The position numbers and the translations under genes were made by a program. From contig DATLVO010000110.1 in the NCBI GenBank assembly GCA_035577485.1, positions 1-38,157 on the forward strand: a stretch of DNA of 38,157 nt, read 5' to 3'. Each line of letters opens with the position of its first letter. The first letter of the stretch is position 1. The notes beneath the pieces are model-generated. The model worked only from the letters and a program-made list of their open reading frames with translations. It ran no database searches and was not told where the DNA came from. Origin of the DNA: Verrucomicrobiia bacterium (GTDB lineage Bacteria > Chloroflexota > Limnocylindria > Limnocylindrales > CSP1-4). Shown one piece after another: positions 1 through 9,153 of this stretch.

Positions 1-357
1 GAGGACGTCCGGCGGGTTGTCCTTCTTGAACGAGTCGGTGATGTACGTCTTGAGCCCGGCTTCGTCGAGGATCGTCGGGTTGACCGGCGTCTTCGGATGG
101 AGTCCCCGGATCGCGACGACCTGGTCCTCGATCGTCTGGTAGACGGTCGACGGGTCGACGCTCGGCGCGGGCGAGGCCGGCGCGCAGGCATTCGTGGCGG
201 GCGAGCCGGAGGATCCGGCCGAGCTCGGGCTCGGGTTCGGGGAGGGGGTCGGGCCGCTCGGGCCGCACGCCGCGACGAGGAGCAGGAGGGCGGCAAGGAG
301 GGCCGGCTGGCGACGCGCCGGGCGCGGGCCGTCGGCGACCCGGCGGTGGTCGGACAT
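1..357 (-). CDS. putative lipoprotein, partial (C-terminus runs off window start)
   Basis: Absent from ORF track because there is no stop in the window. Reverse translation from ATG at 357..355 gives MSDHRRVADGPRPARRQPALLAALLLLVAACGPSGPTPSPNPSPS...DSFKKDNPPDVL, open to base 1. Lipobox VAAC follows the hydrophobic core, then a Pro/Ser linker. Confidence 0.6.
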   Translation of the reverse strand, partial: MSDHRRVADGPRPARRQPALLAALLLLVAACGPSGPTPSPNPSPSSAGSSGSPATNACAPASPAPSVDPSTVYQTIEDQVVAIRGLHPKTPVNPTILDEAGLKTYITDSFKKDNPPDVL

Positions 358-515
358 TGGCGGGATTGTCGCATGGGCCCTCGCTCCTGGACGAGCGGGC
401 CGATGGTCCCGGGTTCCGTGTCGCTTTCTTAACCGCTCTCGCCGTTGTCGTTGAATGCGGCCGGTCTAGCGTTCGTTTCGGACCGAACCCTCAGGGTTCC
501 ATCCTCCCTCCCTCC

Positions 516-550
516 GAGCGGGGGCGCCGATTGGGCAGGCGCCCCCGCTC
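516..550 (+). terminator. perfect 13-bp GC hairpin inside a 490-nt non-coding spacer (terminator- or attenuator-like)
   Basis: GAGCGGGGGCGCC (516-528), 9-nt loop, GGCGCCCCCGCTC (538-550), followed by ACTCTTTCCT. No upstream plus-strand gene for it to terminate. Confidence 0.3.
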
Positions 551-845
551 ACTCTTTCCTGCGGGGGGCGGCTGTCGAACGCAGTTCCGTTCGTCGCCTC
601 CCCGGATTCTGTCAATCGATCGCATGGGGAGCGCTCGGCCGCATCCTCGGGCGTGGCGGGCGGCCGCTTGTGCACGATCGACCTCACGCTCTCTGTCGAA
701 CGAGTCGGCCATGGGTCGTTTGGCGACGAGGCGCCGACGAGCGCTCTTGGGCTGAGCAAATGACAGGAATCCGGCCGGGGGGCCGGGACGAGTCGCCAGG
801 CGGCGAGGTGACCCGCGGTGCAGGCGGCTGTGCAAGAATCGGGTC

Positions 846-1523
846 ATGGAATTGACCTGGTACGGGCGGACGTGCATCCGCCTCCGCGGTCGCGATGCCG
901 TCGTCGTGGCCGACCCCTATCAGACCGTCGTCGGCCCGACCGGTCGGGGCATCACCGGCGAGATCGTCACCTACTCCCATCCCGACGACAAGCCGCTGCC
1001 GAAGGCCAAGGGACGCCTGTCGCGCGACGGCAAGACCATGCTGCCCTCGTCGCTCGACCAGGCCTTCGTGCTGGACGGCCCCGGCGAGTACGAGGTCAAG
1101 GACGTGCTCCTGACCGGCGTGCGGACGTACCGTGACGACGCCGGCGGCGCGGACCGCGGGAAGCAGACCGCCTTCTCGATCGAGCTCGACGGGATGCACA
1201 CGATCCATCTCGGCGAGATCGGCCACCTGCTGACCGAGGAGAAGCTCGCGGACATCGGCCCCGTCGACATCGCCTGCGTTCCGCTCGGGGGCGCGCTCTC
1301 GCCCCAGAAGGCGGCCGAGCTGATCGCCCAGCTCGACCCGAAGATCGTCGTGGCGATGCCGCTCGACGAGGAGTCGACCGAGGTCCGCGACGCGCTCGCG
1401 AAGTTCTTCCACGAGATGGGCGGCGAGCCCGCGCTGCAGCCGAAGCTGTCGGTAACGCTTTCCGGCCTGCCCGCCGAAACGACCACCGTCCTCCTCGAGT
1501 CACGGGGCAAGGTCCAGGCCTGA
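846..1523 (+). CDS. MBL-fold metal-dependent hydrolase-like protein (degenerate His motif)
   Basis: 225-aa ORF MELTWYGRTCIRLRG...VTYSHPDD...DIACVPLGG. Layout typical of the UPF0173/Lactamase_B_3-like family; the HxHxDH motif is degenerate (SHPDD). Confidence 0.75.
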   Translation: MELTWYGRTCIRLRGRDAVVVADPYQTVVGPTGRGITGEIVTYSHPDDKPLPKAKGRLSRDGKTMLPSSLDQAFVLDGPGEYEVKDVLLTGVRTYRDDAGGADRGKQTAFSIELDGMHTIHLGEIGHLLTEEKLADIGPVDIACVPLGGALSPQKAAELIAQLDPKIVVAMPLDEESTEVRDALAKFFHEMGGEPALQPKLSVTLSGLPAETTTVLLESRGKVQA

Positions 1524-1539
1524 TCCTCGACTGCCGGCG

Positions 1540-2904
1540 TCAGTCCCGATCGAGCACGACGCGGCCGCGTTTCACCACGGTCCGGACCAGGTCGGCGGCC
1601 GGCCAATACGGGATCTGACGCGTCGTCGGTACGTTCCAGATCGTGATGTCGGCCTGCTTGCCGCCCTCGAGCGACCCGATCTCATCGGCAAGCCCGACGG
1701 CGAGGGCGGCATTGATCGTCACCCCGGCGAGGACCTCATCGGGGCTCATCCGGAGGTTGACGCAGGCCGCGGTCATCGCCAGCGGCAGGCTCGGCGTCGG
1801 TGATGTGCCGGGGTTGAAGTCCGTCCCGATCGCGACAGGAATGCCGCGCTCGATGAACGTCCGCGCCGGCGCGTGGTGGTCCTTCATCAGGAACCACGTC
1901 GTCACGGGGAGGAGCGTCGCAACCACCGGGCGATCGCCGGCGGCGGCCTCGGCGAGCGCCTCGATCCCGGCCTCCGACGGCGTCGCGAGATGGTCCGCGG
2001 ATGTCGCCCCGAGCTCGGCCGCGAGCTCCGCGCCGCCGCTCGGTGCCAGCTCGTCGGCGTGCAGCCGCGGTCGGAGGCCGTAGGCGGCCGCCGCCAGAAG
2101 GATCCGTCGCGACTGGTCCGCGCTGAAGACGCCCTGCTCGCAGAACACGTCCGCGGCGACCGCCCGGCCCTGCGCCGCGACGCCGGGGAGCTGCTCTTCG
2201 ATCAGAAGCCGGACATAGCTCTCCGTGGCATCCGGCCGGTCGCGCAGCTCGGGTGGCACGGCGTGGGCGCCCAGCCAGGTGGGCACGACCTCGACCGGTC
2301 CCTCCCGGCCCAGCCGGTGGGCGACGTCGAGCAGCCGGAGCTCCGTCGAGAGATCGAGCCCGTAGCCCGACTTCGCCTCGACCGTCGTGACGCCGTGGCC
2401 GAGCATCTCGTCGAGCCAGCGCCGGCCGTGCGCGGCGAGAGTCTCGGCCGACGCCTGACGGGTCGCCGCCACTGTCGACAGGATCCCGCCGCCCGCCGCG
2501 AGGATCTCGAGATACCCGGCGCCGTGCTGGCGCAGCTCGAGCTCGCCCTCCCGCGAGCCGGCGAAGAGGAGGTGGGTGTGGGGGTCGACGAGGCCCGGGG
2601 TCACCGCGCCGCCCCGCGCGTCCAGCCGCGCGAACCGCTCGAGCGGGTAGCCCTCGGCCTCGAGGATGTGCTCGAGGTCCGCGCGGCCGGCGACGGCGAG
2701 GATCCGGCCCTCCCAGGCGGCGAGCACGGGCGCTCGATCCGATTCGGGGCCGCCGACCGCCGCCGCCTCGTGGCGATCGACCTCGGCCTGGCCCGAGCCC
2801 GCCCGCGGACCCCCGGCCATCGTGACGATCTCGCTCGCGCCGACGACGAGAAGCCCCGGCGGATCGGCCTCGCCGCGACCGCCCGGCAGGACGCGGAGGG
2901 TCAC
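1540..2904 (-). CDS. hutI: imidazolonepropionase
   Basis: 454-aa ORF with amidohydrolase signatures (VDPHTHLLFAGSR, KSGYGL, HADEL, GTDFNPGTS). 16 nt downstream of the formimidoyltransferase gene on the same strand. Confidence 0.93.
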   Translation of the reverse strand: MTLRVLPGGRGEADPPGLLVVGASEIVTMAGGPRAGSGQAEVDRHEAAAVGGPESDRAPVLAAWEGRILAVAGRADLEHILEAEGYPLERFARLDARGGAVTPGLVDPHTHLLFAGSREGELELRQHGAGYLEILAAGGGILSTVAATRQASAETLAAHGRRWLDEMLGHGVTTVEAKSGYGLDLSTELRLLDVAHRLGREGPVEVVPTWLGAHAVPPELRDRPDATESYVRLLIEEQLPGVAAQGRAVAADVFCEQGVFSADQSRRILLAAAAYGLRPRLHADELAPSGGAELAAELGATSADHLATPSEAGIEALAEAAAGDRPVVATLLPVTTWFLMKDHHAPARTFIERGIPVAIGTDFNPGTSPTPSLPLAMTAACVNLRMSPDEVLAGVTINAALAVGLADEIGSLEGGKQADITIWNVPTTRQIPYWPAADLVRTVVKRGRVVLDRD

Positions 2905-2920
2905 GGGTGATCGGCGTCCC

Positions 2921-3916
2921 TCACCGCATCGAGCCCGAGCGCGCGGCGTCGAGGCGGAGCTCGAGGGCGTGGAGCGGGCTGAAGTCGCGCAGCTGCAGGA
3001 ACGACGCCGCCGCCGCCAGGCGATCCTCGACCGGCGCGTCCCCCGGCGTCTCGACGTGGTCGGCGACGTCGAGGAACGCCGCCAGCGGTGCGAGCCCGAT
3101 GAGCTCCGACTCGTACAGCTCGATGCCGTCCTCGGCCGCCTCGGCCCGGACCGTCTCCCACACTCGCCACAGGGGCGTGACTCGGAAGTCGAGGATGTTC
3201 ATCGACACCTGCGCCCGCTGGAGCTCATCGATGAAGAAGCCGTTGGCCTGGAGACGCGGCAGGCCGCCGCCCGATTCGCGGATGCGGCGAGCGATCCGCT
3301 TGGCGAGATCGACATCGGGCGATTCGAGGTTGATGTTGTAGGCGATGAGGAACGGCCGGGCGCCGACTGCGACGGCCCCGGCGGACGGATGCATCCGCGG
3401 CGGCCCGACATCCGGCTCCCGGCCGTGTTGGCCGATCTCGGTCTTCAGGCCTTCGTACTGACCACGACGGACGTCGGCGAGCTTGACCCGATCCGAGCGC
3501 AGGGCGGCTTCGGCATAGAGATAGACCGGCAGGTCGAAACGCTCGGCGATCCGAGTCGCGAACGCGCGGGCGAGCTCCACGGTCTCGTCCATGGTCGTGT
3601 CGCCGAGCGGCACGAACGGGATGACATCGACCGCCCCGATGCGGGGGTGCTCGCCCAGGTGCGCGTCCATGTCGATCTCGCGGACGGCACCCGCGACGAG
3701 ACGCTCGAGCGCCTCGGAGACGGCCTCGGCCGGGCCGGCCAACGTGAACACGGATCGGTTGTGGCTCGCGTCGCTCGTCCGGTCGAGGAGGTGGACGCCG
3801 TTGACGGATTCGATCGCTGCCGCCAGGCGATCGACGACGTCGAGGCGCCGCCCCTCGGATACGTTCGGGACGGATTCGACGAGGCGTTCGGACAGGCCCG
3901 CGGGCAGCAGCGACAT
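2921..3916 (-). CDS. ftcD: glutamate formimidoyltransferase (FTCD N-terminal type)
   Basis: 331-aa ORF beginning ...VESVPNVSEGRR..., the hallmark N-terminus of formiminotransferase. The size fits the transferase-only bacterial form. Confidence 0.88.
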   Translation of the reverse strand: MSLLPAGLSERLVESVPNVSEGRRLDVVDRLAAAIESVNGVHLLDRTSDASHNRSVFTLAGPAEAVSEALERLVAGAVREIDMDAHLGEHPRIGAVDVIPFVPLGDTTMDETVELARAFATRIAERFDLPVYLYAEAALRSDRVKLADVRRGQYEGLKTEIGQHGREPDVGPPRMHPSAGAVAVGARPFLIAYNINLESPDVDLAKRIARRIRESGGGLPRLQANGFFIDELQRAQVSMNILDFRVTPLWRVWETVRAEAAEDGIELYESELIGLAPLAAFLDVADHVETPGDAPVEDRLAAAASFLQLRDFSPLHALELRLDAARSGSMR

Positions 3917-3977
3917 CCTCGTAATCGTGCCACGCGACGACCGCCGGAACCGGGTCGGCCCGCTGTCGACGTCGTCG

Positions 3978-4008
3978 TTGACTAACGAGTGTTAGACGAT
4001 AAACTAAC
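3978..4008 (+). promoter_or_regulatory. sigma70-like promoter with CTAAC/GTTAG half-site array in the ftcD/MFS divergent spacer
   Basis: TTGACT (3978-3983), 16 nt, TAAACT (4000-4005). CTAAC (3982-3986)-N4-GTTAG (3991-3995)-N8-CTAAC (4004-4008). AT-rich patch in GC-rich DNA. Confidence 0.35.
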
Positions 4009-4069
4009 GTCGCCTCGTCCCAGATCGTTCCGCCCGGTGTCGCTCCGCCCCGCAGCCCGAGGTACGCAT

Positions 4070-5512
4070 TTGGCCTCCCCGACCGCCCCCCGCCGGAGCC
4101 TGTTCCACCACCCGAACTACGCCCGGCTGTGGACCGCGGCGACGGTCTCCCTGTTCGGGACGCAGGTCAGCCAGATCGCGATCCCGTTCATCGCCGCCGT
4201 CGTCCTGAACGCATCGGCCGGGCAGGTCGGACTGCTCACGACGATCGAGTTCCTGCCGTTCCTGCTCTTCACCCTGCCGGCCGGCGTCTGGGTCGATCGC
4301 TTTCCGAAGAAGCGGATCCTCGTCATCGGCGACCTCGGCCGGGCGGTGATGCTCCTCTCGATCCCCATTGCGTACGCGCTGGGGGGCCTGACGATCTGGC
4401 AGCTCTATGTCGTCGGCTTCGTCAACGGCGTGATGACGGTCTTCTTCGATGTCGCCGACCAGTCCTACCTGCCGACGATTCTCGAGCGGACCGAGCTCGT
4501 CGAGGGCAATGCCAAGCTCCAGATCAGCCAGTCGTCGGCGCAGATCCTCGGCCAGCCCGTCGGGGGCGGGTTGGTCGCACTCGTTTCGGCGCCGGCGGCG
4601 GTCCTCGTCGACGCCGTGAGCTATCTCGGCTCGGCGGGGCTGATCCTGTCGATCCGGGAGAAGGCGAAGGTTGCGGCAGCCGCAATCCGCGGGTCGAGCC
4701 CTCCGGCGGCCGTCCCGGCCACCGAAGCCGACGAGGTCGTTCCCGGGTCATTTGCCGGCACCTCGATCGGCGTGGAGACGGCGGCGGAACGGAGTCGGCT
4801 CGATCCCGCGGCGCAGGCCGACGTCGAGCAGGCCCACGTTGGTGCTGGCGCGCTCGACGGGCCCGACGGCATGCGCCAGCAGATCGCGGACGGCCTGCGC
4901 TACATCCTGCAGCACGAGTACCTCGCGAACATCGCCGCGACGACGGCGACCTCGAACCTGGCCTCCAACATCGCCTTCGCGATCTTCCCGGTCTATGTGT
5001 ACAAGGTGCTGCTCCTGACGCCCGCGGCCGTCGGCACGATGGGCGGGCTCGGCGGAGCGGGCGTGCTCCTGGGCGCGCTCGTCGCGAACCGGATCCAGGC
5101 CCGCCTCGGGATCGGGCGGACGATCATCGTGGCCGCGGCCACCTTCGGACCGATCTCGCTCCTTGTGCCGCTGGCCACGCCCGAGCAGGCGTTCTGGCTC
5201 CTGTCGGCGTCCCTCTTCCTCGGCAGTGTGAACAACGTCGTCTACAACGTGGCCCAGGTCAGCCTCCGCCAGGCGATTACGCCGGAGCATTTCCTCGGCC
5301 GAATGAACGCCACGATGCGGTTCCTCGTCTGGGGCACGATCCCGATCGGGTCGCTGATCGGTGCCGGGCTGTCGGAGGTGATCGGCGTCCGGGCGACGGT
5401 CTGGGTCGGGTCGCTGCTGGCCCTCTTCACGTTCCTGCCGGTGTTCTTCTCGCCGGTGCGCCACATCCGGACGATCCCGAGCGAGCCGCCCGAGGCCTCC
5501 GCGGCCGCCTGA
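4070..5512 (+). CDS. MFS transporter (DHA3/EntS-like) with long Ala/Pro-rich central loop
   Basis: Longest ORF starts GTG 3989, but that lies inside the predicted promoter. In-frame TTG 4070 has GAGG 7 nt upstream and gives MASPTAPRRSLFHHPNYARLWTAATVSLFG... Motif GVWVDRFPKKRILVIGDLGRA and about 12 hydrophobic segments. Confidence 0.85.
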   Translation: MASPTAPRRSLFHHPNYARLWTAATVSLFGTQVSQIAIPFIAAVVLNASAGQVGLLTTIEFLPFLLFTLPAGVWVDRFPKKRILVIGDLGRAVMLLSIPIAYALGGLTIWQLYVVGFVNGVMTVFFDVADQSYLPTILERTELVEGNAKLQISQSSAQILGQPVGGGLVALVSAPAAVLVDAVSYLGSAGLILSIREKAKVAAAAIRGSSPPAAVPATEADEVVPGSFAGTSIGVETAAERSRLDPAAQADVEQAHVGAGALDGPDGMRQQIADGLRYILQHEYLANIAATTATSNLASNIAFAIFPVYVYKVLLLTPAAVGTMGGLGGAGVLLGALVANRIQARLGIGRTIIVAAATFGPISLLVPLATPEQAFWLLSASLFLGSVNNVVYNVAQVSLRQAITPEHFLGRMNATMRFLVWGTIPIGSLIGAGLSEVIGVRATVWVGSLLALFTFLPVFFSPVRHIRTIPSEPPEASAAA

Positions 5513-5524
5513 GCGGATCGGCGA

Positions 5525-7198
5525 TCATCCGGGCGGCGGCGACTCGGCCATCGGGATCCGGAGCCCTCGCTCTCGGGCCACCTCGATCGCGCGCGCATAG
5601 CCAGCGTCGACGTGCCGGACCACGCCCATCCCCGGGTCCGTCGTGAGGACGCGTTCCAGCTTCTGCGCCGCGAGCGGCGTGCCGTCGGCGAGCGCGACCA
5701 TCCCCGCGTGCTGGGAGTAGCCGATCCCGACGCCGCCGCCGTGATGGATCGACACCCAGGTCGCCCCGGCGGCGGTGTTCACGAGGGCGTTGAGGAGCGG
5801 CCAGTCGGCGACCGCGTCGCTGCCATCGGCCATCGCCTCCGTCTCGCGGTTCGGCGAGGCGACGCTCCCGGCATCGAGATGGTCGCGACCGATGACGATC
5901 GGGGCGCTGACCTCGCCTGACGCGACCAGCTCGTTGAACCGCAGCCCCGCCCGCGCCCGCTCACCGTAGCCGAGCCAGCAGATCCGGGCCGGCAGGCCCT
6001 GGAACGGGACCTTCTCCTTCGCCATCGTCAGCCAGCGGCGGAGCCCGTCGTCGTCGGGGAACAGCTCGAGGATCGCCGCGTCTGTCCGGGCGATGTCGGC
6101 CGGATCGCCGCTGAGGGCGGCCCACCGGAACGGTCCGCGACCCTCGCAGAAGAGCGGCCGGACGAAGGCCGGGACGAACCCCGGGTAGTCGAACGCGTTC
6201 GCGACGCCGGCCTGCTGCGCCTGGGAGCGGAGGTTGTTGCCGTAGTCGAAGACGATCGCGCCGGCATCCTTGAAGGCGAGCATCGCCCGGACGTGGTCGG
6301 CCATCGCCGCCATCGACCGGCGGACGTACTCGTCGGGCTGCGTCCGGCGGAGGATCGTCGCGTCGTCGAGGGAGATCTCCGCCGGGACATACCCGACCAA
6401 TGCATCGTGGGCGGAGGTCTGGTCGGTGACGACGTCGAACCGCTCGCCGGCCTTCGCCCAGCCGGGCTCGATCTCCGCCGCGTTGCCGATGAGCGCGATC
6501 GACTCGGCCCGGCCGGCTGCAGCCGCGTCGCGGGCCCAGGTCAGCGCCTCGGCGGGCGAGGCCGTCAGGCGATCGACGTAGCCGATGTCCAGGCGCCGGC
6601 GCGCGCGCGACTCGTCGACTTCGATCGCGAGGCAGACGCCGTCGTTCATCGTCACGGCCAGCGGTTGGGCGCCACCCATCCCGCCGAGGCCGGCGGTCAG
6701 GACGACGCGCCCGGCGAGCGAGCCCCCGAAATGCTGGCGGGCGAGCTCGGCGAACGTCTCGTACGTGCCCTGGAGGATGCCCTGGGTCCCGATGTAGATC
6801 CAGGAGCCGGCCGTCATCTGGCCGTACATCATCAGGCCCTTCGCCTCGAGGTCGCGGAAGACCTCCCAGGTCGCCCACTTCCCGACGAGATTGGAGTTCG
6901 CGATCAGGACGCGCGGCGCCCAGACGTGCGTCCGGAAGACGGCCACTGGCTTGCCGCTCTGGACGAGGAGGGTCTCGTCGTCGCCGAGGGCCCGCAGCTC
7001 GCGGACGATCGCGTCGAACGCGTCCCAGCTCCGCGCGGCGCGGCCGGTCCCGCCGTAGACGACGAGCGCATCGGGGTTCTCGGCGACCTCCGGATCGAGG
7101 TTGTTCATCAACATCCGGAGCGCCGCCTCCTGCGGCCAGCCGCGACATGTCAGCTCCGTGCCGCGAGGCGCGCGGACCGGGCGCGGGCCGCTCGTCAT
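5525..7198 (-). CDS. hutU: urocanate hydratase
   Basis: 557-aa ORF with ...[39 protein letters not shown]..., [12 protein letters not shown], and typical length. Confidence 0.95.
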   Translation of the reverse strand: MTSGPRPVRAPRGTELTCRGWPQEAALRMLMNNLDPEVAENPDALVVYGGTGRAARSWDAFDAIVRELRALGDDETLLVQSGKPVAVFRTHVWAPRVLIANSNLVGKWATWEVFRDLEAKGLMMYGQMTAGSWIYIGTQGILQGTYETFAELARQHFGGSLAGRVVLTAGLGGMGGAQPLAVTMNDGVCLAIEVDESRARRRLDIGYVDRLTASPAEALTWARDAAAAGRAESIALIGNAAEIEPGWAKAGERFDVVTDQTSAHDALVGYVPAEISLDDATILRRTQPDEYVRRSMAAMADHVRAMLAFKDAGAIVFDYGNNLRSQAQQAGVANAFDYPGFVPAFVRPLFCEGRGPFRWAALSGDPADIARTDAAILELFPDDDGLRRWLTMAKEKVPFQGLPARICWLGYGERARAGLRFNELVASGEVSAPIVIGRDHLDAGSVASPNRETEAMADGSDAVADWPLLNALVNTAAGATWVSIHHGGGVGIGYSQHAGMVALADGTPLAAQKLERVLTTDPGMGVVRHVDAGYARAIEVARERGLRIPMAESPPPG

Positions 7199-7208
7199 CG
7201 GGCGTCGG

Positions 7209-7841
7209 TCAAGGCTTCAGCCCTTCCATCACCTTCTGGCCGAGGCGACGAGAGCCGACGGACAGGGCCGACACGACGATCCCCCCGTCGGCGAGGCGGA
7301 CGTGATAGATGAACGCGCCGCCGGCGCACGAGGTGACGAACACCGTCCGAGTGGCGATTGTGGTCTCCGCGTGGCCCGACACGCCCCCGGCCGAGGCGCA
7401 GGCCGACTGGTCGTAGGAGTCGCGATAGTCGCGGAACCAGGCCTCGTCGACCGACGGGTCGCGGAGCCGGACGACGCTGACGACCGTGAGCTCCGGGGCA
7501 GAGCTCGTCCCGGGATCGACCGCGATCGCGATCGCGAGCCCGGACGCGTCGCGGGCGAGCGCCGGGTCGTCGGTGACCCGGGCGGTGGTCTCCGGGTCGT
7601 AGGTGAGCTTGAGGCCGTCGACCGTCGCGGGGACGAACGAGAGGAGGCTCGGATCGACGGCGACGACGGGGCCGGAGCCCGACGCGCTCGGGGCTGCGTT
7701 CGTCGGATCGACGGCTGCGACCGAGGGCTGGGCGGTCGGGGATGGCGTCGCCGTCACGGCGACCGGGGCGGCACCGGATCCGCACGCCGCCAGGAGGAGC
7801 GCCGCGGCGAGAGTGACCGCTGCGACGGTCCGCGGCTTCAA
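7209..7841 (-). CDS. putative lipoprotein
   Basis: The track ORF 7209..8303 is over-extended. TTG at 7841..7839 gives (M)[22 protein letters not shown]... with lipobox LAAC. This TTG overlaps the TGA of the upstream VOC gene (TTGA). Ends 10 nt before the hutU start. Confidence 0.7.
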   Translation of the reverse strand: MKPRTVAAVTLAAALLLAACGSGAAPVAVTATPSPTAQPSVAAVDPTNAAPSASGSGPVVAVDPSLLSFVPATVDGLKLTYDPETTARVTDDPALARDASGLAIAIAVDPGTSSAPELTVVSVVRLRDPSVDEAWFRDYRDSYDQSACASAGGVSGHAETTIATRTVFVTSCAGGAFIYHVRLADGGIVVSALSVGSRRLGQKVMEGLKP

Positions 7842-8260
7842 CCTGGCAACCGCTCCACGTCGACCTCGGGCCGCGTGAACGCCGACTCGTAGAACTGGAG
7901 CGGGTTGCCCTCCGGGTCCCAGAGGAAGCAGAACGACCCGTAGGCCGTCCGGTTGACATCCTCGTGTCGGACCCCGTTCGCGTCGAGGCGCCGGATCGCG
8001 AGCATCAGGTTGTCGACGATCAGCTCCGGAACGACGCCGCCGGCGCGGTAGTCCTTCGGCTCGCTCGAGGCGTGGCCGCCGGCGATCAGGGACAGGCTCG
8101 TGCCCTGGGTCGCGTCGAATCGGAGGAACGTCTTCGTCCGGTAGAGCAGGCGCAGGCCGATCACGTCGCGGTAGAACCGGAGCTCCGCCTCGGCGTCCTC
8201 GACGAAGATGAGCGCCCCGCGGACCTTGCTGACGTTGCCCAACGCCTGGATCATCGCCAT
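7838..8260 (-). CDS. VOC/glyoxalase-bleomycin resistance family protein
   Basis: 140-aa ORF with FVEDAEAELRFYRDVIGL...FLWDPEGNPLQFYE, the typical paired beta-alpha-beta-beta-beta module. Confidence 0.8.
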   Translation of the reverse strand: MAMIQALGNVSKVRGALIFVEDAEAELRFYRDVIGLRLLYRTKTFLRFDATQGTSLSLIAGGHASSEPKDYRAGGVVPELIVDNLMLAIRRLDANGVRHEDVNRTAYGSFCFLWDPEGNPLQFYESAFTRPEVDVERLPG

Positions 8261-8348
8261 GGATCCCCTCGCGAGCGACGGCTGTCGAAGGCGACGGTAC
8301 CACCGCGGCGCCCGGTCGATGGGTCTCGCCCCGGTGCTCGCCGTCCGG

Positions 8349-9125
8349 TCAGCCGAGCTCGCGTCGGACGACCGGGTAGCGCTCGTTCTCGACGGCGAGC
8401 CGGAAACCGGCCGCCAGCCAGAACTCGGGCGTGGCGGCGCTCGTCGCGTCCGGCTTCGTGTCGCGCTCAGGGTAAGCTTCGACCGCGGCGAATCCGCGTC
8501 GCGCGAGATCGTCGCAGACGGCCCGGACGAGCGCGGTCGCGTGACCCGCGCCGCGTGCCTCGGCCGTCGTCGCGATGCACGTGATGACGGCCGGCAGCGG
8601 GGCCTCCGGGAGCTGCGGGTAGAGCTCCCGCAGCCGCTGCGCCCGCGGGTAGGCCGAGAGCGGACCGAACTGGGCGTACGCGACCGCGACGTCGTCCGCG
8701 AGGAGCACCTTCGCGTAGGTCCCGAACACCGCCAGCCCGCGGCCCAGGAGGGTCAGCTTGCGCGGGGCGTCGGTCCCGACGGTGGGCCGCGGCGGTGGGG
8801 TCGGGGCGAACGGGTTGAAGTCGGGTCTCGGTTCGTCATCGTCGGCGAACGGATCGAACGCCGGAGCCGTCCGGCCTGCGGGCGCGAACGGGTTGAACGC
8901 CGGCTGGGCGTTCTCGCGGGCGAACGGATTGCCGGACGGCGGACGGGCGGCGGGCGGTGGATCGGCGTGAGCCTCGAGCCACGCGAGCCGCGCCGCCTTC
9001 GACCCGCGGTCGGCGTCCTCCCAGTAGTCGCACGACCGATGGTCGAAGCCCGGGTCGGCACACGGCGGGATGAGCCGGAACGACGGCTCGTCGCGGACGT
9101 CGACGATCCGGATCCGGGCCGTCAT
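8349..9125 (-). CDS. GNAT-family N-acetyltransferase with N-terminal CDYWE region and (N/D)PFA-repeat linker
   Basis: 258-aa ORF. The C-terminal half has an acetyl-CoA motif (ARGAGHATALVRAVCDDLARRGF). The linker contains NPFA/NPFA/DPFA/NPFA. Confidence 0.75.
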   Translation of the reverse strand: MTARIRIVDVRDEPSFRLIPPCADPGFDHRSCDYWEDADRGSKAARLAWLEAHADPPPAARPPSGNPFARENAQPAFNPFAPAGRTAPAFDPFADDDEPRPDFNPFAPTPPPRPTVGTDAPRKLTLLGRGLAVFGTYAKVLLADDVAVAYAQFGPLSAYPRAQRLRELYPQLPEAPLPAVITCIATTAEARGAGHATALVRAVCDDLARRGFAAVEAYPERDTKPDATSAATPEFWLAAGFRLAVENERYPVVRRELG

Positions 9126-9153
9126 CGGGGCACCGCGGCCACGACACGAACCC

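Noticed and set aside
700-845. TPP or cobalamin riboswitch before the MBL hydrolase gene
   Set aside because: Only fragments resemble the TPP core (GCTGAGC, AGGAATCCGG). There is no CUGAGA...ACCUGAUCUGG arrangement and no B12 box.
7842-8303. Upstream extension of the lipoprotein ORF (track ORF 7209..8303)
   Set aside because: It overlaps the VOC gene in another frame and is Arg/Pro junk. The signal peptide begins at TTG 7841.
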